A DNA stretch of 64,000 nt from Rhizophagus irregularis (Eukaryota), in NCBI RefSeq assembly GCF_026210795.1, contig NC_089433.1, forward strand, positions 744,001 through 808,000, given 5' to 3'. Positions within the stretch are counted from its first letter, which is position 1. Each line of letters opens with the position of its first letter. The notes under the pieces are model-generated. The model saw only the letters and a list, made by a program, of their open reading frames with translations, made no database searches and had not been told where the DNA came from. Shown here one piece after another: positions 41,633 through 56,261 of the stretch. The position numbers and the translations under genes are program-made.

Positions 41633-44600
41633 TATACCATCCTTAACAAATCAACTACCAAATTATTTTCTGAGGCAGTATCAAAGAACAAAATTTTCCA
41701 GATAAGAATAACTGAAAATATATTTTCTTTGTTGAAAAATCATGCTCAAACAAAGTAAGTGATATATTATTGGTTATGTCTGTTGGTACTTAATAGAAAA
41801 AACCTTGCGTTCTGCAAAAATAATAAGTTAAATTATAGTTCATATTGCACATATCAAAAGAAAGAATCTCTTTCTACTGCTCTAATCTATTTAATCGTAA
41901 GACTTAAAGAATAAAAAGCTATGGTTCAAATTAAACCATTCATATCTTGTGAAATGATGTTATTCTGAAAAGACTGATGAAATTTAACGTCATCATTATA
42001 TAATTTTTTATATATTGCCTCGTATTTCATTAATTTATAGATAAACGTCAAAAAATCCTTTGATAAGGAAATGAAAAGCTTAATATACAAGATTCAAATC
42101 TTCAAAAGTTGCGTCAGATAGCGAGGCTAATGATTGACAAAATAAGGGATACTGTGAATTAATCGTTAACGTCAACTCAAACAATAAGTTTATTCAATTA
42201 TTCTTTATCATTTAATTTTGCATAATATACTGTATTTACATATATCTAATTTTCTTCATAATTCTTCCAATACATAGAATATCAAATGACTCCTATCAAG
42301 GAAATATTGTATTTAACAAGGTTCTTTAATATTGTAGATTAACAAACTATTGACCGTCATGATATTTTTCTTCACAATAAATATTTAAATTTTTATTCTT
42401 TTGAGATATTAATTTCGTTAGCTAAATTTTTAATCCTTGATTATCTTTTCTAAAACCGTCTTAGGGAACGGAAATTGTTTCATGTATAATATCTAGCACG
42501 TTCTTAAACTAAAACATATACGGTAATAATACATTTTGGGTTGGATTGATCCGACGCCTCAATCTAATCCATATTTATTATAAAATTAAAAATTAATTTG
42601 GATTAGATTGAGTCAATCAACAGGATTGTACCTATTGATTATCCAATTCAGGACGATTAGCGTCACATTTTTGCAGCCCATCATTAAACTCCGGCTATAA
42701 TTTTTCCATTGATCTACATACAGAATTGCAAAAAAAAACCATTTATATTCATTAGAGATGGTGGTTAAATTTCTTATCATACACTGGATGATTCACATTA
42801 TCACATATATACCTTCGCCTTACCAATCATTTCTTTTGAAAAAAGTGTTGTGAGAAAGATTCCTCGTTTTGATGGATTTACATCTAGGCATCTTTTATAA
42901 TTAATTCGGGTACTTAATGTTGAACCTTGGTCTAAGTCCTTGACAAATTTTTATAGCTAAATTTTCTTCATGGCTTAAAAATCATGATATGGAGATAATA
43001 AATTACTTCATACATAACCATTCCAAAACTATAAATATTTACAGCTTTGGAGAAACAACACATTGTAGATATTTCTTTTTGATTATTACAGTACATCTAA
43101 AATGATGTGTCTTCTAAAGTTAAAAGGGCCATATTAGCATCACAATGATTAACAACATAAAAAGATGTTCAATATCATCTTTTGACTTAATGGGGAAACA
43201 ATTATAAATAGGGTTTACAATCCTTTTATACTTCGTAACTTGTTTGGCAGTATTCTGTATTTTTGTCCGTTAAATATGGTCAGTGAGCTATAATTATTGG
43301 ATGTCATAAGGAGTTTCAGTTCTTTAATTTTTATTACTAATAATATACTTGCAAGATTTCATAATTAAAAATAATAAAATAATAATTTGAAATTACTTTG
43401 CTTTATTGAAGCACTACCACTTTCAAAATGAATAAATTGTTCAGTTGATAATTCTCTATGAATATTAAAAGCATTGATATCCAGGTTACTTCATTTCAAA
43501 ATCTCTGTCCTTGCCATTTATGTTGCTAAAATATCAGTGATAAATTTCTAGATTTAATTTATTATAAAGTCAAAAACAATTATTAGATAAGGAAATGCTT
43601 TAAAGAGAAAAAGTTTTCATGACTAATAGTGTAATAAATTTTGAGTAGTATAGTAGATTGATTCTAGATTTATTTCAACCCGGACTCTTTTGTTTGCAAA
43701 AGATTGACTCATAAAATTGTAACATGAATTATTGAATTATGCCATTGTGATAAGAAATCACGGATGCATAATAATATGCATTTGTATTCTCTGATCCTTT
43801 ATCATTCTTTTAAGGTGTTTCTTAACATCCTTAATAACATAGAAGTACAAAGTATATAACATAGGCTGTATAAGATCAAGTTCTTTCCAAATGTTTATAA
43901 GATTTTACTACTTCAGCCAATTGTGACAGAATACGGAGCTAACAAGAAAAATAAATATGAAATTCTTCAAAAAGTTCCCAATATTATATATTGAGTTATA
44001 TAATATACACCTTATTTGTATTTTTCAGTATAACTGACCTGAGTCATATTTCAAGAAGCCATCCTTTGTTCAGGGTTTAAACCAATATTGGTAATAAAGT
44101 TAAACAACATAGTTAAAGTTTGGTATGTCACTAGTATGTTAAGTTTACTACGGGGAAGTATATGGTTTAAGGACAATATTTGTATTTTTAAGATATAATA
44201 GAATAAATCGAAAGTCTCTACACAGACTGTCATCAGTTTGTACTTAAAAAAGCTTTAACTCTCAATTATTAATGTGATATAATCAGCACCAAGTCTTAAG
44301 ATTATATCAAGTTACAATAATTCAGTGTCAGATTGAAAAAGTTGATATTACAGTAGCAAAACAGATTATAATCAATGCACCTTGTACTAAATATGGTGAT
44401 AAATTTTGCCTGATGGTAGAGACTGATAAACTACAAATGGGGATACATCAATGTATTTTTATTTTTTACACATCAAGCATCCTCCAAGAAACTTAAACTG
44501 AAGTTAATGTCTGCAATCGTTAGTAAAGACAACTGGAAGAATATTTTGGGTCTTTTTCTGGAGATGCTATAATTAGGGTTAACAATCACTTTACCAACAG

Positions 44601-44786
44601 ATGTTTCACTGACAGGGTCATTTCGCAGACAAATGTTTTGCTGACAATAATCTCACCGACAAGGGAATTTGGGATTAGAGGTAAGGAAATTAGGGTAGGT
44701 TAGGGTTAGGAATAGGGTTCAGGTAAGGAATTAGGGTTAGTATTAGTGTTAGTGTTAGGGTTAGGATAAGGTTAAGATAAGTGGAT

Positions 44787-45619
44787 TAGGGATTGGAACC
44801 ATCAAAAAAAAGCTTAACCGGTTAATAACCGGTTAATTAGAGCGTCTAACCGGTTAATAGTCGGTTAATTAATCGGTTAATTAACCAGGTTAATTTGTAA
44901 TGAGGCTAACCGGTTAATAACCGGTTAATATATAAATTTTATATTTTAACGTGTGTTTAGAGGCCTATTTTTTGTATTTTAACGCGTGTTTAAAGATAAA
45001 TTTTTGTGTTTTTAACTAAATAGTATTATTTAAGAGTAATTTCTGGTAAATATTTATATTAAAATGTATACATTAGTAAAAAATTACATACAGTATATTG
45101 TAATTACTTATTACCCAGTCATGCAGTGGTCACCGGTATCAGCACTAAGTTGAAAAGTTTTTTAATTATATTTTTAGTTCTATCCGAAATTCCATTCCAA
45201 TTCTGATGGCCACTGTAGTATTCAAATTTTTTTTCTTATTTAAAATACTATACCCGATCATATCATGCCGATTTCTGCATAAATCAAGGTTATAACTTTA
45301 GAATATTTTAACATAAATAATGTTAAATTATAAATATCATATGCAATATATTATATTAAAATATAAGATTGCAGGTTTATCATCGAATCTATTAGGGTGG
45401 GCAAAATTAAAGTTAATGCTAGTAAAGTTAAAGTTAGAAGTTGGCTAGGAATTACTAATTTAGGATGATCTGTATTTTAACCGGTTAAGTTAGCCAGTTA
45501 ATTAGTCGGTTAATTTAACCGGTTAAATTAACCAGTTAACCGTTTTTTGAGAGGTCTTAACCGGTTAACCGCCTTAACCGGTTAATTAACCGGTTAACCT
45601 TAACCGGTTCCAATCCCTA
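44787..45619. mobile_element. 833-bp non-autonomous hAT element
   Basis: 14-bp TIR TAGGGATTGGAACC/GGTTCCAATCCCTA, 8-bp TSD AAGTGGAT, subterminal TAACCGGTTA arrays at both ends. Confidence 0.95.
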
Positions 45620-45676
45620 AAGTGGATTAGGATTTCGAAACTGTCGGTGAAATAACTTGGTAAAATGAAACTGTCG

Positions 45677-45917
45677 CCCTATAAAAAAAGTTGTCCAAAC
45701 ACTGTTCAGTTTTTTGTTCGGAAAATTGACCCCGTTCTGAACATTTACTTGACATTTATTGGACAATTATCATGATATTGTACGTTTTTTATGTGGTCAA
45801 AAATTCTCAATTTCTGCATCTTGTATTAAATTGTAACAAATATTGTATAATAACATGCGAGTGTTCAGAAAATCGATCCCATTCCGAATATTTATCAGAC
45901 AAACATTTTTTATAGGG
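45677..45917. mobile_element. 241-bp MITE, CCCTATA family
   Basis: CCCTATAAAAAA...TTTTTTATAGGG with TSD TCG/TTG (one CpG transition). It splits a ctgtcggtgaaat repeat of the host element. Confidence 0.9.
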
Positions 45918-47548
45918 TTGGTGAAATGATTGTCGGTGAAATGTCTGTTGATGAGATAATTGTTGGTAAGCCAGATCCCTATAATTATGCTATGAGACCA
46001 CCAGGTATTAATGCATACACTAAGCTAAATGGGATGAATTTCAGCGTACAGAACTATCATAAAAGAACGAAAATTTGTGGATTTTCTGAGCGTCAATATC
46101 TTGAATCTTTTTTTCCAGGTTATTGAATAAGATTTTTATATAGGTTATTTAGTTATTTTCTCAAATATAGTCAAATTTCCTGTATTAGCAACTTCTACAA
46201 TTATTAATTTTGATAAATACCTTATAAACATAATGTTTAACTGTAAAATCTTAGCTAATCGCTTCTGATAACGAAAATAAATTAAGATTCTCATTTCACA
46301 AAATGACAAATGATAACAAAATCAATGTATTTCGTACTTAGAAAATCCTTAAACTAATTTTATTATTATTTTTTTTATTCATAATTCAAATAAAATTTCC
46401 TTGTGATATAGTAATAATTCATGATAATAAGTATGATTATGATGATTTTATTTATGTATACGTTATAGTCGTTATATCGATATGCATTTATAAATGACAT
46501 AAATAAAAGAAGTTACTAATATGATCTTATCATTTTACTGTCACGCATTTCACGGTTTTTTGTAAAAAACTAAGTGAATAAAATTTATAAGAACATTAAA
46601 TATTTTAAAATTACACTGTATAGGCAGGGCGGAAGTTCATTTATTATTTAAGAATTTTTTAATAAATTTAACTACGGTAAATTCTTCGAATTCTTTGATT
46701 GTCTTGACGGATTCAATACATGTTGACTTTTATGGAAAGTAAAATGTAGTTAGATAACAGTTATAATACGTAACCAGGTTACAATGTTGATTGTAAAACA
46801 ATTTTTTTATATCAATGCGCTTGAATAAAAAACTTTTAGATAAATTTATAATTCTTTAGCGAAATTTGTGGAAACATTTTTTTTCATTATAAAAAATAAA
46901 AAACGTTTACGTCACCACACCAGATTATGATGTACTTTTGGCCGGAATTAAAAATCTAATAAAATACTGGCCAGCATTACATCATAAATTCACCACTGCT
47001 GCTGGTGACCGTCACCACTGGTGATATTAGTAATACCCAAAATTAAATGAAAGTAATCAATAATAATTGTAAGATGTGATTTCAACCGATTGATAAGGAC
47101 GATAATACAATTATTGGTTTGATTAACTTATAGTATATTGCGTGCAATTAAACAATTTACTTTATATCTAATTCTTTAATTCAAGGAAGGTTAGGAAATT
47201 TATTAAGTAATAGAGAAATTATACGGAGATGAACAAACCTAATCTCAATCGCATATATAGTATATTTAGAAAATTGTTATTCAATAAAAATTTTTAAATC
47301 GATCAATAATATAAAATTACAATATTCGTAAATACGTAAGCAATTATAAAAATTTTTTAAGATAATCATAAATTCATAACAATAATAACAATTATTACTA
47401 CCAAATCATATTAAAGGGTTCAATATTTATTTATTTATATTCGGTAATAATTACATATAAAAAGAATAAATCCTTGGATCTTCAAGTATACTATGGCAAA
47501 AAATGAAATTTTGATACATCTTGAACCCATTCAAATTCTTCAAATTTA

Positions 47549-48640
47549 TCACGCAAATTTAAAATCAATTTTTTTAATTATTCCTTCCCTTTTATATTTT
47601 AAAATTAATAATTTCAATCGTTTCATATCCGATTGATTTTTATTTATACAATTCAGAGAGATTTGTAATAATATAGGTTGTCTATCTTTCCAATTATTAA
47701 GAAATGATTCTAAAAATTTTAAATTTGGCATCAATCTTTCTTCAAAAACAAATTCAAATTTAGACAAATTTAATGGTGATGATCTAGTTAATATTTCATA
47801 TACATCCTTATAATTAAAGCCTCTTTCATTATCTTCATTAACAATAGCTAATCCATCTAAATGTTGAGAATTAGCTAACAATCTTTCAATTCAGTAAGAA
47901 CATTATCTCTAATTGGCAGCTTAATATACCTAAGATTTGGACAATTTTGATATAATGTTTGTGTAAGTCTACTAATATCATCAATATTATTTTAAAATAT
48001 CTTTTCTAATACTAATTGTAATAAGTTGTACATTTGCGCTTTCAATTAATCTTATCAAGATTATATGTGAGGATAAATTAGCTTTAAGATTTTTAAAGCA
48101 GCAGGTAAAGACGGATGTTTTCTCCAAATGACGCAAATTTGTGTTTGCATGTTTTGCAGATCTCTGAAACAGGGAAGGTGGATTCATTTCTAGAATTTTT
48201 AAATTTACAAAATGTGAAAGAAATTTTGGAACAGGTTCCCAACATAAAATTTAAATGTTGGACGGTATCTGCTTTTTTAATAAGTAATTCCTCAATAGTT
48301 ACCAGTGCCTCAATATTATCACATGATATATGGATTTCGTTTAAGTTTTTTTGAGCTTCTATAAATTTAATAACTCCGGAAATATCATTATTATTCTTTA
48401 ATTGATTTGCTTATTGTAGCTAAACCTTCAAAGATATTTTGATGATTTTATGACAATATAAGTTTTTAAGATTTGAAAAGCATTGTTCAGTCCATGAAAT
48501 ACTGTGTTAAAATTTCTGTAATACGAAGTGAAATGAACTTTGTATATTTGTTGATAAATAAATTTAAACTACCAAAAAATTATTACGCAATTTAATTGAT
48601 TATCTATTTTTAGTCATGATGTCTCTAAAAATTACTAATA
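47549..48640 (-). pseudogene. F-box/LRR-family pseudogene (C-terminal part)
   Basis: Frameshifted pieces FVNLKILEM..., CQLEIMF, ILTRSSPLNLSKFEF..FLESFLNNWKDRQPILLQI..KYKREGIIKK resemble RNI-like LRR tails. Confidence 0.7.
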
Positions 48641-49555
48641 TCGATATATTACCGTTCAGCTTACTTTATTTTTTAAAATAGTATAAAACTAAGCAACTAG
48701 TACAAATTTAGGAGTGATTAAACAAATTTAGTACATAATTAAAAATACATAATTTATTCACATATTCTAAACAAATACAATATAAATTTCCGAGTGAAAA
48801 CTTGGATTTTGATATCACGAACGTATCCCTAAAATTTCCAATGTACTTTCTTAATCCAACAAAATCATTATAGAAACAACTAAAATAACAATATGACTCC
48901 TTCTTTTCGTTGTACGTTAAATCACGTGACCTCAACATAAGTTAATTAACTTTTCTTTAAATTGTTTGTCTGCTTCACCCCCTGGTGGCCTGTTTTCGAG
49001 ACGTTTCTCATTCACATTCTTTTCATTTACTTCTCTATTTTCGTCATTTATTCGATTTCTGAAATTATCGTTGAGCATTGTGAATTCCATAATCACTTTA
49101 CTTTTTCCGCTAAACGAACAATTTCATTTTCCGATCGTGAAATATTCTGTCTCCATAGCACCCTTTTCCTACTAATAACTGATTTTGATGTTTCTTTCAA
49201 TTAAACAGCATATTTCTTATACTGAAATGATGTATTTTTTTTTATTAAAAGAGACGCATTTTTTTATATTAAAAAACGATGAAATTTACATCAAACCTAC
49301 ATGGTACAATTGGCATAAGCTTATACCCTGCCTATCCTTTAATAATATCATTATGCTAACTATTTTGTTATTTGAAAAAATATAATATTTTAAGATAAAA
49401 TTTATTTACTTTATTAATATGTTTGTGCATCTTGAATTTAAATTTAATAAAGTTGTTTTACTTATTAGGTTCGCAGAAAACTGGTATTATTGGTAGTGAA
49501 ATATTTTTTTCAGAAGACATATAATGAAAAAAACAATTTCAATTTCATCTTAAAT

Positions 49556-51033
49556 TTACTTTTTAATTACTTGAAATACTTCATAATCTTCTACTTCAAA
49601 ATTTTTTGGAATTTCTATGCTTGGATAGACTTCTCCATAACCACGATTTTCATTAGACCAATTATTGTTATTACAGTATATATTACCCATAGTTGGCCCG
49701 AAATTATTATTACATAAAACAGCACGATCTTGTTTCTTAACATAACTTACTTTTGAAGTAGAAATATTTCCTCCATTGATAAAATTAAAAATAAAGCTAT
49801 CTGCTGTAGCCACCCAATGAGGATGTCTACTATCCCAATTAAGTGGATTATACCCTCCTATTAATTGTGTTGAATTTTTAATTTTTGCTATCCAAATAGT
49901 AGCTCCTTTATCGTCACAATTTTTATGAAAAGAATTAGTATCAATTCCATCTTGACTTGAGCGATATAATAACTTAAAATCATAGGGATTATTTTTTCTA
50001 TTATAATGTGAAGTATCTTTTTTATCAATCCATGAAGCAAAAAGAGGAAGATGATTCGATTTAATTAAAGTTGAATTGAGTGGATATTTTAAATTTGGCT
50101 TTCTTGAAGGTGGTAAATTAACTTTTGATTTTATGTCAGGAACTATATGATATTCCAAAAGATCATGAATTAAATCTTGTGGTAAGATGTCTTTGTAACA
50201 ATAAACTTTGTAAAAGAAATCAGTAGGTTCAATATCATAGAATCGAATTAAAGGAATAAATCTGTATAATTCTCTTTCAATTCTTATAATATCATCTTTA
50301 TTCCATTTTGTTGAATCATTCTGCATATTTTGTTGGGCAAAACACCATTTTAATAAATACTCCCAAATTTCAATTTCATCCATAATTAAGTCATCCCTTT
50401 TTAATAATAATTCCAATAAAGGAGCTTTTAAATTAATAAAATTTTTGGAACTGAATAAAATTTTAGGTTCTTCACAAATTTTTTCAAGGCAAAAATTCCA
50501 TAAATCCGTAAATGTTTCATGTTGATAAATAATTTCAAGAATTCTGGTCGGATTTTGTTGTAAAAATTCGGTTTGATGTTCAATCAAAAATTCTTGAATA
50601 TGAGAAATTAACGAATTGATATTTAGTTCATCCACAGCTATCAATAATTTTAATACTTCAGAGCCTTGTAAATTCTTCAATTCAATATTTCCACAATAAA
50701 TGAACCTAACAATATGATTAATAGTTAAATATTTTTTACAAATTTATATGATAAAATTTATAAAACAATAATATCTTACCTAAGAATGATATTAAATAAT
50801 TGTGGTGAAATGTTTGATTTTCTAAAAATAAATTTTCCGTCTCTTTTCTCAGCCCATTCATTAGAAAATGCAGTACGAAAATATTGAGACCTAGCACATA
50901 AAATATTTGAATGAGCATGAATTTCTTTTACATTTTGATCATCTCCTGCATAAATAATAACGTCATATCCTATTTCTGTTTCAAAAAGTTTTTCATAATC
51001 GTTGGATAATTCTGCCCAAAATTTTGAAATCAT
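49556..51033 (-). CDS. BTB/POZ-BACK-TLDc protein, ~467 aa (paralog of 22614-24085)
   Basis: Exons 51033-50780 and 50705-49556. Same BTB, BACK and TLDc motifs (FKLLYRSSQDG, FHKNCDDKGATI, LIGGYNP, YEVFQV) and same intron position as the paralog. Confidence 0.93.
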
Positions 51034-51399
51034 TTTTTTTGTTGTAAATGAGAAAAAGGAAAAAAAAAATGGCAAAAATTTGAGTTGCAGCCGACACCTT
51101 ATTTATATTGTTTTACGTTGATCGTGTTTCCATAAATTTCTATAATTGGAAGCAATAATATTTTCTTTACGTCTAGCCCAAACCTCAAAGAAACTAACCA
51201 AAGTCATTGGAAGTACTGTCAACAAATTAAGTCAAAACTATGCATGTACGGTGTACGCTTGGGTCAAAAGCGAATAAATTTTTATTTGCTGATAAAATTC
51301 GTATTAACGGTTTCCTCGATCTTCTAGTCCTAGATGTTTGTCATTTTCTTTCCAAATAAAATAATATCGTATTAACGTCAACATAATTTTTTTAAGCAC

Positions 51400-51556
51400 A
51401 ATAATTGTCTGGAGCGAAGCGAAGGACAATATATGTCTATGCACTAGTCGCACTATGAAAAAAAATCGATCACGTGAATTTCTCTGTCCGCCATGTGATC
51501 GCCACCCAACGAAATCACAATTTTAGTTTTTCGCTCCGGACTTACGTTTCCTAGTT
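51400..51556 (+). mobile_element. Short Helentron/DINE-1-like element, copy 2
   Basis: GTCTGGAGCGAAGCGAAGGAC...TTCGCTCCGGACTTAC..TTTCCTAGTT, homologous to 39144-39302. The 3' hairpin is partly deleted. Confidence 0.7.
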
Positions 51557-52169
51557 AAATTATTTTATTAAGTTTGAATTTGTTTCCTTTATTACCGCAC
51601 AAAACTTAATGTTGTAAACAATTAATGATAATTCAACTTTATTAATGTTTTAAAAAAAGCAGCAATCAGGCAGGTAGGAAAGAATTTTGTAAAAAAAAAA
51701 ATTTAATAATCTGATTAAACATTTTCAGATTTTCCTTTACAGCATAACTTTTTCATATGAGATTGTATAACAAATCAACATAATGATGTAAGAATACTTA
51801 ATAGTAATATAATTTAAAAAATTTACAAGATCCCGTTCAGATACTGGCGAAAAGTCAATCTCTCAAATATCTGATATGGTAATAATTGCATCAGCGTATT
51901 ATTCGCAAAATATAAAATATTGAATTTTTTTTAAAAAAAAAATTATCCTTTATTTTTTTTTAATAAAAAATAATACTAAAGTCTAAAGGGAACTTTAAAT
52001 CATTATTTATAATTTAATATTTTACATATAATATAAAATTTGAAATTCTCATTTAATATACATCAAATATTTTCTACTAACACAATTTATGTTTATAAAA
52101 TAATCCCCACTAATTAACAATACATTATATAATATTTGTACTGTAAGCAATTTCGTATTTATTATTTTC

Positions 52170-52720
52170 TTTTTCCTTTCTAGAATGTTGAGCGATAGGA
52201 TTATTACAAAATCCAGTTTATGTAAATGCATTTTGTAAACTACTTTGATGAGTGGCCATAGTAACATGAGAACAACTAAGTAAACAAGTAGAAACTTTCT
52301 TTTGCCAGATAGTTTTTCCATCATAAATATTAATTTTATAAACCAACTTTCCACATCCAACAAGAACTTTATCAGTCGAATCTATCATTAAAGAAGGCAA
52401 TTCATAACCTCCATTTTTCAATTTATTTTTCCAAATTATATCTCCTGATTCTGAATTTATTCCATATACTTTTCCGTGAGAGGCAACTATAAAGATAGAA
52501 GATTGAGCTTCATGAGATGTTCCTTCTCCTTCAGAGTTTATGTTAACAACAAGTAATGATATTTCATTATATCCCATCCCTGACAGCGAGTTTCTCCAAA
52601 TTTCCGTTCCTTTAATCAAGTTTAAAGCGATTAAACAACCATTCATTCCAACATAAACTTTATCACCGATACAAATAATGAACCAACACCATCATGTAAC
52701 GATAGCGTCAATGAATTAAC
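52170..52720 (-). pseudogene. PQQ/BamB-like beta-propeller repeat gene fragment
   Basis: Repeats VYVG..GCLIALN..GTEIW, GKVYGIN..SGDIIW and LVYKIN..DGKTIW. Frameshift near 52680, probable premature stop at 52218, decayed coding-like sequence upstream to ~53490. Confidence 0.7.
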
Positions 52721-54859
52721 TTTTAAAGTATAGTTATACCTTTTTTGTTTAACTTGATTTACTATTCAACAAAGTGACGCAATGAATAATGATCTTCTGT
52801 ATGACGTTCAATAGAAAGTTTATGTAGTACGAAGGGTAAATTTTAGCATAGTACTGTAAATCATAATTGCAAATCAGTTTAAATGGAAAGTCAACAAGAA
52901 TTATTTGGCAAGAACGAAAAATATAAGTTCAAAAAAAAGTGCATTTTGCGTCAACAAATAATTCATCTACACAACAGTCGGACGACTTTCAAGTGAATAA
53001 AAAGTTATATTTCGATGTGATGGATGAGAATGGCGAAACTACATTTTCCAATTCCTTTCCATTACTATTGTGGTTACACCTTCAACAACTCCAACAACGT
53101 ATTTCCATTTGGGGTTTGGCTGGTATAAGTTTATCATTATTTTTACCATTCCACATATTATAAGCCAGTCCTACTTATCTGCTTTTGTTCGAACAAATTT
53201 TTTTCGTGTTTCACGATAAATTTTCAATGAAGTAAGCTCACTTGAGCTGACAATAAACTTGCATGATATCTTTTAGCGAAGTTAATTTTTCACTTTCATG
53301 CAGCTTATTTATTACTTCTTCAACCACCTCTACCATTTTGACAGCATCAGTACTTTGTGTACTAGCTCAACTTGTATTCGTAAGCAGTTGTCACAATGTG
53401 CATATGAAATGATGGAAGACTTAATTAATCACCATTCCATGCAAAATATTCAGCGAGCATTTGCTTTCTACAGATATATTATTCTTCACAATTTTTTTTT
53501 AAAAAAAGATAATTTAATTGGTTCAGTTTTTTAAACTCGAATTATTTTTTTATTATTATTCATTTTTTTTAATTTACTAAATATATAATAGTTATACTGA
53601 TTTAAACAATAAGTTACAGCTAGTTAATATTGGCTGAAATTATTTTTATTTCGTTTCATTCAATCGATTGTCTATTGAAAATTTCCTTTTACCGATCAAT
53701 AGCGTAACCAGGTATTTTATTTTTGTCATTAGGTTATTATATATAGAATTTTTGTATCAAATTTTTGAATATTACACATGCACAAGAGCCTATTTTTTGA
53801 ATAAATTTTATCTGAACTCCGTAATTTTAAAATTTTTTTTTTATGTTTCATTTTATTATATGGTTAACGTTATCTTTGAACTTACCACATAAATTGTAAT
53901 CTACATATATACAATTCAAATACATCCACAAGCAATCTATATTAGTAGACTTTTAAATTTCAAAAATCTTCCAGAACCATTAAATTCAGGTAATTTAATT
54001 TAACTTTACTTTGGTAACCAAAAAAAAAATGTTTACATTATTAATAACTTTATTTTTTAATAAACGTTACTAAAACAACAATACGTAAATAATTATTTCT
54101 ATTGGCAATCAATATAATTAATAGATCTTTATATTGTTTTAATATCATATTAAATAATTTATAGATTCAGAATGTTTTGACTGTTAATTAGAATTAGGTA
54201 AGATATTTATTCTTTAGGTCTTTATTTATTAATTTTATTTTGTAGATCTTGATGAAATTAATCAAGAAGATAATAATACCAAATGATTTTTTTTTTATGA
54301 GAATTTAGTTTAATTAAAATTATATTATTAAATTATTTCTTTTATATTAGCTATTATTTATGGGTTTTGTATGTAGTTGGTTTAATAAAAATAAATTATA
54401 AATCGGTTATCTATTGGTCAATTTGGTAACTCGACCGACGTATAAACTGTCTTGGTAATGACGTCATTTTAAAATTATCTAATAATATCAAAAAATTTAG
54501 TTTATTACCATTAATGACGTTTCATATTTGGAAATATATAGTTATAAGGTAAGTCCTAAATAATGTTGGTGCTCGTTCATAATTATGATTTCTATAAATT
54601 TTAAACATTTTTAATCAATTTTATGTATTTGAATGACCAAGAGTGTAAATTATTTTTAACAAACTTTAAACATACTAAATTTTCTAATTACTGTAATCCA
54701 AAAAATCCATGCTATTAATTATGAGATTATTGAGATGTGGAAAATCTTGTATTATGTTCAATTAATCTTTTTAAATATAAACTAGAGTAACTTGGTAATT
54801 ATTAGTGAGTTATAATCATTATACTGTCAGATTGACTCGAAAATTTTGGGTCGGGTCAT

Positions 54860-55865
54860 CAAACGTTTTTATAATTAAATATAAAAAAAATTGATTTTTT
54901 TATTAAAAATGTCAGACTTGACGTTTTTATGATTAAAAAATCATTTTTTACGTTAGATTTGATTAAAAATCAAAAAAATTGATTTTTTTGGTTAAAAATG
55001 TAAGACTTGGCGTTTTTGTAATTAAAAAATCAAAAAAAAAATGATTTTATTAATTAAAAATGTCAGACTCGACGTTTTTGTAATTAAAAAATCAAAAAAA
55101 TGTTTTTTTTAGTTAAAAACGTCAGACATGACATTTTTGTGATTAAAAATAAAAAAAAATGTCAGACTTGACGTTTTTGTAATTAAAAAATCAAAAAAAT
55201 GACTTTTTTAGTTGAAAAACGTCAGGCTTGACGTTTTTGTAATTAAAAAATCAAAAAAATGACTTTTTTAGTTAAAAAACGTCAGGCTTGACGTTTTTGT
55301 AATTAAAAAATCAAAAAAATGACTTTTTTAGTTAAAAAATGTCAGGCTTGACGTTTTTGTAATTAAAAAATCAAAAAAATGACTTTTTTAGTTAAAAAAT
55401 GTCAGGCTTGACGTTTTTGTAATTAAAAAAATCAAAAAAATGACTTTTTTAGTTAAAAAATGTCAGGCTTGACGTTTTTGTAATTAAAAAATCAAAAAAA
55501 ATGACTTTTTCAGTTAAAAAACGTCAGACTTGACGTTTTTGTAATTAAAAAATCAAAAAAAAAATGACTTTTTTAGTTAAAAAATGTCAGGCTTGACGTT
55601 TTTGTAATTAAAAAATCAAAAAAATGACTTTTTTAGTTAAAAAATATCAGGCTTGACGTTTTTGTAATTAAAAAATAAAAATCAAAAAAATATTGGTTTT
55701 TTTTAATTAAAAACGTCAGACTTGACGTTTTTGTTATTAAAAAATCAAAAAAAAAATGATTTTTTTAATTAAAAACGTTAGACTTTGACATTTTTGTGAT
55801 TAAAAATCAAAAAAATATTGGTTTTTTTAATTAAAAACGTCAGTCTTGACATTTTTTGTTAAAAA
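54860..55865. repeat. ~60-bp minisatellite array with a palindromic core, probably internal to a DNA transposon
   Basis: About 16 units of aaaaa(c/t)gtcag(g/a)cttgacgtttttgtaattaaaaaatcaaaaaaatgactttttagtt. Core AAAAACGTCA-ggct-TGACGTTTTT is an inverted repeat. Confidence 0.92.
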
Positions 55866-56174
55866 AATAAAAAATGAAGAAAAAACGTTTTTGCGTTATT
55901 TTTTTTATAATTTTATATGGAAAAATGCCAAAACATTTTTTTCTTAATAGTAATGCAAAAAAAAAGTTTTTGGCATTTTTTTTAATAATATTATATGAAA
56001 AAACGCTGAAACGTTTTTTTTACAATTTTTTTATTTTTTTGCAATATTTTATGAAATTTTAATGATCAACAAAAAAATGAAATTATGCAAATATTGAATG
56101 ATGCAACAATTTAACAGGGACTTTTAGTGGCACAGGAAGAGTTTTTGCGAAAAGTTGGCATTAGAAGTTTTTTT

Positions 56175-56261
56175 CATTGTTATTGACATTGACATTGACA
56201 TTGACATTGACATTGACATTGACATTGACATTGACATTGTCATTGACATTGTCATTGTCAT
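56175..56261. repeat. (CATTGA/CATTGT)n hexamer microsatellite abutting the LINE poly(A)
   Basis: About 14 tandem hexamers followed directly by T15. Confidence 0.95.

Larger units (their letters stand above)
44576..45978. mobile_element. Mutator-like (9-bp TSD) MITE of ~318 bp hosting two nested insertions
   Basis: TSD CTATAATTA at 44567-44575 and 45979-45987. GG...CC termini. tcaccgaca-type repeats on the left are mirrored by tgtcggtga on the right. Degenerate TTAGGG-rich centre. Confidence 0.8.

Noticed and set aside
41320..41758. Five overlapping mirrored ORFs
   Set aside because: Artefacts of the foldback MITE.
42700..44560. Degraded coding-like or TE sequence flanking the MITE nest
   Set aside because: No diagnostic motif could be recovered.
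44660..44790. Telomere or interstitial telomeric array
   Set aside because: The degenerate TTAGGG units are internal to a TSD-flanked MITE, and a related tract occurs at 7850-7920.
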